From Actinomycetota bacterium (lineage in GTDB: Bacteria; Actinomycetota; Acidimicrobiia; IMCC26256; VFJJ01): DNA of 60,288 nucleotides. The stretch's first letter is position 1. Every line of letters begins with the position of its first letter. The stretch covers positions 1-60,288 of the forward strand of contig VFJJ01000042.1 of the NCBI GenBank assembly GCA_009886115.1. Reading direction: 5' to 3'. The notes beneath the pieces were generated by a model that was not told where the DNA came from, ran no database searches, and worked only from the letters and a program-made list of their open reading frames with translations. Both the position numbers and the translations under genes were made by a program. This document shows positions 11,900 through 20,544 of the stretch, in pieces.

Positions 11900-12553
11900 A
11901 TGCGATTGCTCATATTCGGCAAGCAGGGGGCCGGCAAGGGCACCCAGGCCGTCCGGCTGGCCGAGCACTTCTCGATCCCGCACATCTCCACGGGCGACAT
12001 GTTCCGCTCCGCTGTCCGCGAAGGCACCGAGTTCGGCCGCAGGGCCAAGGAGTTCATGGACGCCGGAGAGCTCGTACCCGACTCGGTGGTGCTGGGCATG
12101 GTGCGCGAGCGCTTGGCCCGTCCCGATGCCGAGCACGGGTTCCTGCTCGACGGCTTTCCTCGGACGTTGCCCCAGGCGCACGGGCTGCGTGAGGTCGTGG
12201 GCGAGGACGGACTCGATCGCGTCATCGAGCTCGCGGTACCGACCGAGGCGGTGGTCGAGCGCATCAGCGGCCGCCGGGTCTGCGCCGACTGCGGCGCCAC
12301 GTACCACGTCACCGCACCGCCGCGCCAGGGCTGGGGCCATTGCGACCAGTGCGGTGGATCGCAGGTCGTCCAGCGAGACGACGACAACGAGCTCGCCGTG
12401 CGCCGCCGGCTGGCAATCTACGAGCGCGAGACCGCTCCGCTCGCCGACTACTACGCCGACGGGAACCTGCTGGCCCGAGTCGACGGGGTGGGCGATCCCG
12501 ACGAGGTCTTCGTACGAATCCTGACGGCGGTCGGCGGTCGAACATCGTCGTGA
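11900..12553 (+). CDS. adk: adenylate kinase (zinc-binding LID)
   Basis: GKQGAGKGTQA, HISTGDMFR, LDGFPRT, CADC/CDQC. Confidence 0.97.
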   Translation: MRLLIFGKQGAGKGTQAVRLAEHFSIPHISTGDMFRSAVREGTEFGRRAKEFMDAGELVPDSVVLGMVRERLARPDAEHGFLLDGFPRTLPQAHGLREVVGEDGLDRVIELAVPTEAVVERISGRRVCADCGATYHVTAPPRQGWGHCDQCGGSQVVQRDDDNELAVRRRLAIYERETAPLADYYADGNLLARVDGVGDPDEVFVRILTAVGGRTSS

Positions 12554-12648
12554 CCGAGTCGAGCCATCGCGCCGCGATGGTCTAGTATCACCAGTCGGCT
12601 CGGGCGCGTTCTACGCGCTTGGGGCCCAAACGTTTCCGGAGGCTCCCC

Positions 12649-12876
12649 CTGGCAAAGCAGAAAAACGACGCCATCCTGGTCGAGGGCACGGTGATCGAGT
12701 CACTCCCCAACGCCATGTTCCGCGTCGAGCTCGACAACAACAAGCATGAGGTCTTGGCGCACATCTCGGGGAAGATGCGGATGCACTACATCCGGATCTT
12801 GCCGGGCGATCGTGTCCAGGTGGAGCTCACCCCCTACGACCTGGCCCGAGGTCGTATCACGTATCGCTACAAGTAA
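12649..12876 (+). CDS. infA: translation initiation factor IF-1 (probable CTG start)
   Basis: [27 protein letters not shown]...[13 protein letters not shown] at 12638-12642, 6 nt before CTG. Confidence 0.95.
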   Translation: MAKQKNDAILVEGTVIESLPNAMFRVELDNNKHEVLAHISGKMRMHYIRILPGDRVQVELTPYDLARGRITYRYK

Positions 12877-12894
12877 TCAGACACGGGGACTTCA

Positions 12895-13008
12895 ATGAAG
12901 GTTCGGCCCAGCGTCAAGCCGATCTGTGAGAAATGCAAGGTGATCCGCCGTCACGGCCGGGTCATGGTCATCTGCGCTGACCCGCGCCACAAGCAGCGTC
13001 AAGGCTGA
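12895..13008 (+). CDS. rpmJ: 50S ribosomal protein L36 (not in ORF track)
   Basis: Manual translation [37 protein letters not shown]. Confidence 0.98.
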   Translation: MKVRPSVKPICEKCKVIRRHGRVMVICADPRHKQRQG

Positions 13009-13020
13009 GGAAACCGCCCC

Positions 13021-13398
13021 ATGGCACGAATCTCCGGAGTCGACATCCCCCGCGAGAAGCGGTTGGAGATCGCACTCACCTACATCTTCGGCATCGGCAG
13101 GTCGACCGCACGTCAGGTGTGCGAGGGGACCGGTATCTCGGTCGACACCCGGGTGCGCAACCTGACCGAGGACGAGGTCTCCCGTCTCCGTACGTTCATC
13201 GACGCCAACGTCAAGGTCGAGGGTGACCTGAGGCGCGAGGTCGCTCAGGACATCAAGCGGAAGATGGAGATCGGCTGCTACCAGGGTCTGCGCCATCGGC
13301 GTGGCCTGCCGGTCCGGGGTCAACGAACGCGAACCAACGCCCGGACCCGCAAGGGCCCGAAGAAGACGGTCGCGGGCAAGAAGAAGGTCCGCAAGTAG
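13021..13398 (+). CDS. rpsM: 30S ribosomal protein S13
   Basis: [10 protein letters not shown]...[18 protein letters not shown]. Confidence 0.98.
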   Translation: MARISGVDIPREKRLEIALTYIFGIGRSTARQVCEGTGISVDTRVRNLTEDEVSRLRTFIDANVKVEGDLRREVAQDIKRKMEIGCYQGLRHRRGLPVRGQRTRTNARTRKGPKKTVAGKKKVRK

Positions 13399-13551
13399 TC
13401 CACGCCGTCACTGTCATCAGCGTGTGGTCGCGCTCGTCTTCGAGAGTGACCACGACGCCGCACCGGGGCCGAGGGTGTACCCGATGTGGCGACATCCGGT
13501 CGGAAGCTCGACCGTGAACACACCCACAGAACACGAGTGAGGAAGTTTTCC

Positions 13552-13950
13552 GTGGCGAAACCCAAGCCCGGTGGTCGCCGTCCCCGTCGTCGCGAACGAA
13601 AGAACGTGGCGTACGGAGTGGCCCACATCAAGTCGTCGTTCAACAACACGATCATCTCGATCACCGATCACCAGGGCAACACGGTCTCGTGGGCCTCGGC
13701 TGGCAACGTCGGGTTCAAGGGATCCCGCAAGTCGACCCCGTTCGCCGCGCAGCTCGCGGCCGAGGCGGCAGCCCGCCGGGCCATGGAGCACGGTGTGCGC
13801 AAGGTCGACGTCGTCGTGAAGGGCCCCGGTTCGGGCCGTGAGACCGCGATCCGATCCCTGCAGAACGTGGGCATCGAGGTCGCCGGGATCAAGGACGTGA
13901 CCCCGGTTCCGCACAACGGCTGCCGTCCGAAGAAGCGCCGTCGGGTCTGA
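13552..13950 (+). CDS. rpsK: 30S ribosomal protein S11
   Basis: [10 protein letters not shown]...[14 protein letters not shown]...[15 protein letters not shown] start after GAGGAAG. Confidence 0.98.
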   Translation: MAKPKPGGRRPRRRERKNVAYGVAHIKSSFNNTIISITDHQGNTVSWASAGNVGFKGSRKSTPFAAQLAAEAAARRAMEHGVRKVDVVVKGPGSGRETAIRSLQNVGIEVAGIKDVTPVPHNGCRPKKRRRV

Positions 13951-14007
13951 CGACCCCCCGCTTCGACGACCCCAGCCCGCCACCTCTGGTTCGGAGGAAC
14001 ATTCATC

Positions 14008-14631
14008 ATGGCTCGTTACACGGGTCCCGTCTGCCGCTTGTGTCGACGGGAACGCATGAAGCTCTATCTCAAGGGCCCCAAGTGCGATACCAGCAAGTGC
14101 CCCATCGAGCGCCGGCCCTACCCGCCGGGTCAGCACGGTCGGGGTCGGCTGCGCGAGACCGAGTATCTGCTCCAGCTCCGTGAGAAGCAGAAGGCCCGTC
14201 GCATCTACGGGGTGCTCGAGCGCCAGTTCCGCACGATGTACCAGGAAGCGGCCAGGCAGCAGGGGATCACGGGTGAGAACCTGTTGCGTCTCCTCGAGAC
14301 CCGCCTCGACAACGTCGTGTACCGCGCGACGTTCGCGTCGAGCCGCAACCAGGCGCGACAGTTCGTCCGGCATGGTCACGTCAACGTGAACGGCAAGCGG
14401 GTGACGATCCCGTCGTACCACCTGCGCAAGGGCGACGTGGTCTCGGTCCGGTCGAAGTCACGCGAGATGATCGTGCTGCGGCACAACCTCGACACGATCT
14501 CCCGAGCCGTGCCTCACTGGCTGGAGTTCGACGCGACAGACTTCAAGATCACGGTCCGCGAGATGCCGATTCGCGAGCAGATCGACATCCCGGTGCGCGA
14601 GCAGCTCATCGTCGAGCTCTACTCGAAGTGA
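14008..14631 (+). CDS. rpsD: 30S ribosomal protein S4 (Cys/zinc form)
   Basis: MARYTGPVCRLCRRE...QLREKQK...LETRLDNVVYR...IVELYSK. Confidence 0.98.
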   Translation: MARYTGPVCRLCRRERMKLYLKGPKCDTSKCPIERRPYPPGQHGRGRLRETEYLLQLREKQKARRIYGVLERQFRTMYQEAARQQGITGENLLRLLETRLDNVVYRATFASSRNQARQFVRHGHVNVNGKRVTIPSYHLRKGDVVSVRSKSREMIVLRHNLDTISRAVPHWLEFDATDFKITVREMPIREQIDIPVREQLIVELYSK

Positions 14632-14773
14632 CGCTCTCGAAGTCGATGCGTCTCTCCGGCTGCCGCAGCCACGTCGCACCAGCCGTCATCCAGGTCCCAC
14701 GGCGGACATCGATCGCCTTCACCATCACCATCGCGACCCGAGTTTCATCGGGGTCGACACACGAGGGAGCGCC

Positions 14774-15712
14774 ATGCTGATCATCCAGCGCCCGACCGTC
14801 GAGGCTCTCGGCGAGGCCGAGGGCAATCGCCAGAGGTTCGCGATCTCACCGCTCGAGCCGGGATTCGGGGCCACATTGGGAAACAGCCTGCGGCGGACGC
14901 TGCTGTCGTCCATCCCGGGTGCCGCCATCACGCAGATCCGATTCGACGAGGCATTGCACGAGTTCGACACCATCCCCGGTGTCAAGGAAGACGCGACCGA
15001 CATCATCTTGAACCTCAAGGATGTGGTGTTGCGCTCGGAGGCCGAGGACGCCGTCACCCTGCGTCTCGACAAGCGCGGTCCCGGCGAGATCACCGCCGGC
15101 GACATCCAGACGACGTCCGACGTGGAGATCCTCAACCCGGGTCTGCACATCGCGACGCTCAACGGCAAGGGCCGCCTCGCCGCCGACATCACCGTGGAGC
15201 AGGGCCGGGGCTACCTCTCCGCTGAGCGCGGCCGGCGTTCGTCGACCATCGGGCTCATCCCGGTCGACGCCATCTACTCGCCGGTGCGACGGGTGGCGTT
15301 CACGATCGAGCCGACCCGGGTCGAGCAGGCCACGAACTACGACCGTCTGATCCTCGACATCGAGACCGACGGATCGGTCACGCCGAGCGACGCCTTGTCG
15401 TCGGCCGGCAAGACGCTCCGCTCGCTCATCGATCTCGTGGCCGAGATGTCGGCCGAGGCTCGCGGCCTCGAGCTCGGTGACACGGCGGTGTCGTCGAACT
15501 CGCCGCCCGAGCTCGACCTGGCGATCGAGGAGCTCGATCTGTCGGAGCGTCCTCGGAACTGTCTCAAGCGGGCTCAGGTCGATACGATCGGCCAGCTCAT
15601 CGAGAAGAGCGAGGAGGATCTCCTGGCGATCACCAACTTTGGCCAGAAGTCCCTCGAAGAGGTCATCCAGAAGCTCGACGAGCGCGGCCTCTCGCTGCGC
15701 GTGAAGGACTGA
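14774..15712 (+). CDS. rpoA: RNA polymerase alpha subunit
   Basis: PLEPGFGATLGNSLRRTLLSSIPGAA...IEELDLS.R..NCLKRA...NFGQKSLEEV. Confidence 0.98.
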   Translation: MLIIQRPTVEALGEAEGNRQRFAISPLEPGFGATLGNSLRRTLLSSIPGAAITQIRFDEALHEFDTIPGVKEDATDIILNLKDVVLRSEAEDAVTLRLDKRGPGEITAGDIQTTSDVEILNPGLHIATLNGKGRLAADITVEQGRGYLSAERGRRSSTIGLIPVDAIYSPVRRVAFTIEPTRVEQATNYDRLILDIETDGSVTPSDALSSAGKTLRSLIDLVAEMSAEARGLELGDTAVSSNSPPELDLAIEELDLSERPRNCLKRAQVDTIGQLIEKSEEDLLAITNFGQKSLEEVIQKLDERGLSLRVKD

Positions 15713-15718
15713 TCGACG

Positions 15719-16069
15719 ATGCCGCGTCCGAAGAAGGGCCCGCGCTTTGGGCACAGCCCGGCGCACCACAAGCTCATGTTGGCCAACCTGGCGGCGCACT
15801 TCTTCGCCGCTGAGGGAATCGTGACGACCGAGGCCAAGGCCAAGGTCCTACGCCCCTACGTCGAGAAGCTCATCACCAAGGCCAAGAAGGGCGGCGTGCA
15901 CCAGCAGCGTCTCGTCGTGGCCACCATCCACGACAAGGACATCGCGCACAAGCTCTTCGCCGAGATCGGGCCCCGCTACGAGGACCGCAACGGCGGGTAC
16001 ACGCGGATCTTGAAGCTGGGGCCCCGTGCCGGTGACAACGCGCCCATGGCGCGCCTCGAGCTGGTCTGA
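15719..16069 (+). CDS. rplQ: 50S ribosomal protein L17
   Basis: [20 protein letters not shown]...[22 protein letters not shown]. Confidence 0.98.
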   Translation: MPRPKKGPRFGHSPAHHKLMLANLAAHFFAAEGIVTTEAKAKVLRPYVEKLITKAKKGGVHQQRLVVATIHDKDIAHKLFAEIGPRYEDRNGGYTRILKLGPRAGDNAPMARLELV

Positions 16070-16137
16070 TCGACGTCGCCGGCCCAGACCCCTCGGGGGC
16101 GGGCCGGCTCGGGTTCGACCGGGAAGGGACCGAGCGG

Positions 16138-16905
16138 GTGACCCTGTTCGACGCTGGAGGCCGCTCGAAGCTGAAGCTCGTCGTCGCCTACGACGGCACC
16201 GACTTCCACGGCTTCGCGGCCCAGCCCGATCAACGGACGGTGGCCGGCGTCATGGCCCGGGCGCTCGAGAAGGTCTTGCGTCATCCGATCGAGCTCACGT
16301 GCTCGGGGCGCACCGATGCCGGGGTGCACGCCTGGGGTCAGATCGTCTCGCTCGAAGCCGATCCCGGTGTCGATCCCTGGCGGCTCCGGTCGTCTCTCAA
16401 CGGGATCCTCGGCCCCGAGGTGGTCGTGCGGTCCTGCGAGCTCGTGACGCCCGATTTCGACGCGCGCTTCTCGGCTGTCTCGCGTTCGTACCGGTACACG
16501 ATCGTGAACCGTCCCGAACCCGATCCCTTCCTGGCACGGTTCGCGTGGTGGGTCCCCGATCCGCTCGACCTCGCCGCGCTCCGTCTGGCGGCCGATCCCT
16601 TCCTGGGCGAGCACGACTTCTCGGCGTTTTGCCGCAGGGGCCCCGAGGGCTCGACGAACGTCCGTCGGGTCCTCCGCTCGCAGTGGGTCGTCGAGCCCCA
16701 CGCGCCGGGGGTGTTGCGCTACGAGATCATGGCCAAGGCGTTCTGCTGGCAGATGGTGCGTTCGATCGTGGGCACCCTGATTGAGGTCGGTCGGGGCAAG
16801 CGGCGGCCGGGCGATCTCCGGGCGATCATGCTCTCGGGTGACCGGAACCAGTCGGGGCAGATGGCCCCGGCGCAGGGACTGTGCCTGTGGGACGTGGGTT
16901 TCTGA
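16138..16905 (+). CDS. truA: tRNA pseudouridine(38-40) synthase
   Basis: AYDGTDFHGFA.QP, SGRTDAGVHA.GQ, FDARFSA..R.YRY, GEHDFSAFC. Confidence 0.96.
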   Translation: MTLFDAGGRSKLKLVVAYDGTDFHGFAAQPDQRTVAGVMARALEKVLRHPIELTCSGRTDAGVHAWGQIVSLEADPGVDPWRLRSSLNGILGPEVVVRSCELVTPDFDARFSAVSRSYRYTIVNRPEPDPFLARFAWWVPDPLDLAALRLAADPFLGEHDFSAFCRRGPEGSTNVRRVLRSQWVVEPHAPGVLRYEIMAKAFCWQMVRSIVGTLIEVGRGKRRPGDLRAIMLSGDRNQSGQMAPAQGLCLWDVGF

Positions 16906-16939
16906 GGGCCCAGACCCGGTGCTCCCGGTAGCCTCCGGG

Positions 16940-18064
16940 GTGATGAGTCGCAAGCTCGACGATCCGACGTTGCAGCGCTACTACGACCTCTGGGCCGACG
17001 AGGTGGCCGGGGTCGCGCTGTACCGCGACCTCGCGGAGGTGACCGAGGGCGAGCGGAGTGAGATCTTCCTCGGCCTCGCCGAGTCGGAGGAGCGCCACGT
17101 CAACCACTGGCGACGGATGCTCGAGCGGGCGGGGGTCACCGACCTGACTCCGCCGAAAGCGCCGGTGCGCAATCGCGTCCTGCGCCGGATGGCTCGACGA
17201 TTCGGCGCTGACGCGGTGGTACCGATCATCTTGCGGCAGGAGGCGTCGAACGCGGCCCGATACCGGAGCTTCGCCGCCGCGCCAAACATCTTCGCCGATC
17301 AGGAAGCAGCCAACTCCAAGGCCCTGGCGGCCATGTCGGGAGAGGCCGAAGGCGGCCAGATTCGCAGCTCGGAAGGTCGTCACCGTGGCGGCGGGGCCGG
17401 AGGATGGTTGCGGGCCACGGTGTTCGGGTTCAATGACGGCTTGGTGTCGAACCTGGGTCTGGTGATGGGCGCCGCGGGCGGGTCCGACAGTCGCCGGCTC
17501 GTTCTCTTGGTGGGGCTGGTGGGGCTGGTGGCCGGGGCGTTCTCGATGGCGAGTGGCGAATGGTTGTCGGTCTCGTCGCAGCGGGAGCTGTACGAGCGCG
17601 AAATCGCCATCGAGCGCGAGGAGCTGCTGCACGATCCGGCCGAGGAGGCCCGCGAGCTGGCGCTCATCTATCGGGCCAAGGGCATCCCCAAGGCGCAAGC
17701 CGACGCCCTGGTCGAGCAGATCATGTCCGATCCCGAAACGGCACTCGACACGCTCGCCCGGGAAGAGCTCGGGATCTCGCCGGGGGAGCTGGGCTCGCCC
17801 TGGGTGGCCGCGGGTTCGTCGATCCTGGCGTTCGGGTTGGGTGCGGTGATCCCGCTCGTGCCCTTCCTCTTCGGCTCGGGCCCGGCGATGCTGGCCGTCG
17901 CCGGGGCCGTCTCGGCGCTGGCGTTGTTCGGCGTGGGCATCGCGACCTCGGTGTTCACTGCTCGGGGCGCGGTGCGCACGGGGCTTCGGATGGTCCTCGT
18001 CGGCGCCTTGATCTCCGCGCTGACCTACGGCCTGGGCAGCCTCGTCGGCGCCTCCGTGGCGTGA
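16940..18064 (+). CDS. VIT1/CCC1 family transporter with N-terminal rubrerythrin/ferritin-like domain
   Basis: N-term DE...LY..LA...LAESEERH; LRATVFGFNDGLVS, AGAFSMASGEWLSV, LAREELG; start GTG 16940 or ATG 16943. Confidence 0.9.
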   Translation: MMSRKLDDPTLQRYYDLWADEVAGVALYRDLAEVTEGERSEIFLGLAESEERHVNHWRRMLERAGVTDLTPPKAPVRNRVLRRMARRFGADAVVPIILRQEASNAARYRSFAAAPNIFADQEAANSKALAAMSGEAEGGQIRSSEGRHRGGGAGGWLRATVFGFNDGLVSNLGLVMGAAGGSDSRRLVLLVGLVGLVAGAFSMASGEWLSVSSQRELYEREIAIEREELLHDPAEEARELALIYRAKGIPKAQADALVEQIMSDPETALDTLAREELGISPGELGSPWVAAGSSILAFGLGAVIPLVPFLFGSGPAMLAVAGAVSALALFGVGIATSVFTARGAVRTGLRMVLVGALISALTYGLGSLVGASVA

Positions 18065-19308
18065 CCTTGCCGATCGGCCGCGGGGGTCGCCGACAGGAAC
18101 GGCGCGTCGACCCTGCCCTGCTGGCTGGGCAGCTCGTTCTGAACCTGGGCCTGGCGGCAGTGTTCTCGCTCCTCGCCGAGCTCCAGAACGAGTCGGGCTT
18201 CGCCGATTGGGGCCTGGGTCTCATCACCGGATCGGCCTTCCTCACCTCGTTGGTCACCCAGCTCAGCCTGGCCCGCTTCGCCGACCGCGGGCATGCTCGC
18301 CGTCTCCTCGTCGTCGGGCTGGTCGTCGGCGCGTTGAGCATGATCTGGTTCGCGTTCGGAACGACACTCTGGCAGCTCGTCGTGGCCCGAGCGCTCTACG
18401 GGGCCGCTGCCGGCCTGTTCGGACCGGCCAGCCGCCGGATCGCCGTCTCGGCCCGACCGGACAAGACCGGCGAGGTCCTCGGCCTGCTCGGCTCGGCGGC
18501 GGTGGCCGGCTTCCTGGTCGGACCCCCGGCCGCGGCGGGGCTGTTCGAGGCCTTCGGCGTGGAAGCGGCGTTCGTGATCCCCGCGCTGGCGATGCTCGTG
18601 TGCCTGCCGTTCGTCGCCCGTCTGGCCGAGCCGGCCCCGCATCCGCTCAGCGCCACCTCGGTGGGCGCCGTCGGCCGTCTGATACGCCAGCGGGGCGTGA
18701 TCGCCGCCGTGCTGGCCGGGGGCTCGTTCTTCCTCGCGTTCGGCATCTACGACTCGCTGTGGGCCCGCTTCATGGACGATCAGGGCGCCAGCACCGTGTT
18801 CATCGGGCTCTCGTTCACGGCGTACGCGTTCCCGGCGCTGTGTCTGGGAGCGTGGGGTGGACGAATCTCCGATCGATTCGGGGCCTGGCCGTCGACCCTG
18901 CTCGCCGTGGCGGCGACCGTCCCGTTCATCTTCGCCTACGGGTTCATCGGTGACATCTGGCTCCTCGCGGGCTTGGGAGTCGTGCAGTCGGCCGTCGACG
19001 TGATCGGCACGCCCGGGTCGCAGGCGGCGTTGGCCGAGCGGACACCACCGGAGGACCTGGCCGCCGGGCAGGGCCTCGGCGGGGCCTTCGGCACGCTGTG
19101 CGCGGCGATCGCCGGGTTCGCGTCGGGTCCGCTCTACGGCGCGGGCGGCCAGGAGCTGGCCTTTCCCATCGGCGCGGGGTTCATGGCCGCCGTCGCCCTG
19201 GCTGCCTGGCTCATCGGTCGGACCGCTCCGGTGATCGTGCGCCCGGGAGGGACGGGAGCCCCGGGAGGGACGGGCACCGGAGAGGCCTACTCGACCACGA
19301 CGGCGTAG
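18061..19308 (+). CDS. MFS transporter
   Basis: About 12 hydrophobic segments, ARFADRGHAR and GGRISDRFG motif-A-like loops; GTGA overlap with upstream stop. Confidence 0.85.
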   Translation: MTLPIGRGGRRQERRVDPALLAGQLVLNLGLAAVFSLLAELQNESGFADWGLGLITGSAFLTSLVTQLSLARFADRGHARRLLVVGLVVGALSMIWFAFGTTLWQLVVARALYGAAAGLFGPASRRIAVSARPDKTGEVLGLLGSAAVAGFLVGPPAAAGLFEAFGVEAAFVIPALAMLVCLPFVARLAEPAPHPLSATSVGAVGRLIRQRGVIAAVLAGGSFFLAFGIYDSLWARFMDDQGASTVFIGLSFTAYAFPALCLGAWGGRISDRFGAWPSTLLAVAATVPFIFAYGFIGDIWLLAGLGVVQSAVDVIGTPGSQAALAERTPPEDLAAGQGLGGAFGTLCAAIAGFASGPLYGAGGQELAFPIGAGFMAAVALAAWLIGRTAPVIVRPGGTGAPGGTGTGEAYSTTTA

Positions 19309-20534
19309 CCCTCGGACGCGAGTCGGTCGACCATGTGCTGACGGTGACCGGGCCCCCGGGTCTCCAGCGTGAGCCGCACCGAGACCTGGTCGAGCTCGAT
19401 CCGGGAGCCTTCCCGGTGGTGCTCGACCTCCAGGACGTTGAGGCCGAGCGTGCCCACGGCCTGGAGGAATCGGGCCAGCGATCCGGGGACGTCGTCAATC
19501 GTGGCCCGGAGCACCACGAAGCGTCCGGCTGCGGTGAGCCCGTGACGGATGACGCGCCCGAGCAGGATGGCGTCGACGTTGCCGCCCGAGAGCACCACGC
19601 ACACCGGACCCGATGGCGAGTCGATCCGGCCGTCGAGCACGGCGGCGAGCGCGGCGGCCCCGGCGGGCTCCACGACGGCCTTGGCCCGTTCGAGGAGGAG
19701 GAGCAGCGCCCGCGCGATCGAGTCCTCCGAGACCGTCACGATGTCGTCGAGGAACGCGTCGGCGTGCGCCAGCGTGAGCTCCGACACCCGTCCGACACGG
19801 ATGCCGTCAGCCATGGTGTCGACCGAGGCGAGTTGGACGGGTGTCCCCGCATTCAGGGCGGCGATCATCGAGCCCGCACCCTCGGCTTCCACGCCGATGA
19901 TCCGACAGCCCGGCCGGCGGGCTCGGAGCGCGGCGGCCATCCCGCCGGCCAGGCCGCCGCCACCGATGGCGACGACGAACGTGGCGTCGAGCGGCGTCTG
20001 CTCGTCGAGCTCGAGCCCGATCGTGCCCTGGCCGGCCATCACGGCCCGGTCGTCGAACGGTGGCACGAAGTGGGCGCCGCGCTCGGCGACGAGCTGGTGG
20101 GCGCCGTCGATCGCCTCGTCGAGGGAGGCACCGTGGAACACGACCTCGGCGCCGTAGCCCCGCGTGGCTTCGACCTTGGGCAGCGATGCACCCTCGGGCA
20201 TGAACACGGTGCACGGGGTCGAGCAGAGGCTCGCGGCGAGTGCCACGCCCTGGGCGTGATTCCCCGCGCTGGCGGCGACGACGCCGTTGGCAAGGAGCGC
20301 GGGCGGCAGCGACGCGAGGTGGTGGTAGGCCCCGCGGATCTTGAACGAACCGGTGCGCTGGAGGTGCTCGCACTTGAGGAGCGTGCGATGACCGAGGGTC
20401 CGTGACAGACCGGGTGATTCGTGGATCGGCGTGACCCGGGCGACACCGGCAATGGTCGTTCGCGCCTGTTCGATCTCGGCGATGCGGAGGAGCTGCGACG
20501 CCGGCGCGTCGGGGATGGGCGGGTGGTTGGCCAC
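19287..20534 (-). CDS. ilvA: threonine ammonia-lyase (PLP) with C-terminal ACT domain
   Basis: KCEHLQRTGSFKIRGA, ASAGNHAQGVA, GQGTIGLE, VLSGGNVD. Confidence 0.93.
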   Translation of the reverse strand: MANHPPIPDAPASQLLRIAEIEQARTTIAGVARVTPIHESPGLSRTLGHRTLLKCEHLQRTGSFKIRGAYHHLASLPPALLANGVVAASAGNHAQGVALAASLCSTPCTVFMPEGASLPKVEATRGYGAEVVFHGASLDEAIDGAHQLVAERGAHFVPPFDDRAVMAGQGTIGLELDEQTPLDATFVVAIGGGGLAGGMAAALRARRPGCRIIGVEAEGAGSMIAALNAGTPVQLASVDTMADGIRVGRVSELTLAHADAFLDDIVTVSEDSIARALLLLLERAKAVVEPAGAAALAAVLDGRIDSPSGPVCVVLSGGNVDAILLGRVIRHGLTAAGRFVVLRATIDDVPGSLARFLQAVGTLGLNVLEVEHHREGSRIELDQVSVRLTLETRGPGHRQHMVDRLASEGYAVVVE

Positions 20535-20544
20535 GGTGCGCCGT

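Noticed and set aside
12554..12648. Absence of map between adk and infA
   Set aside because: Gene-order variation at this position is common; map may lie elsewhere.
16940..18064. Rubrerythrin-like plus VIT1/CCC1 fusion as a novelty
   Set aside because: This architecture is an already recognised family.
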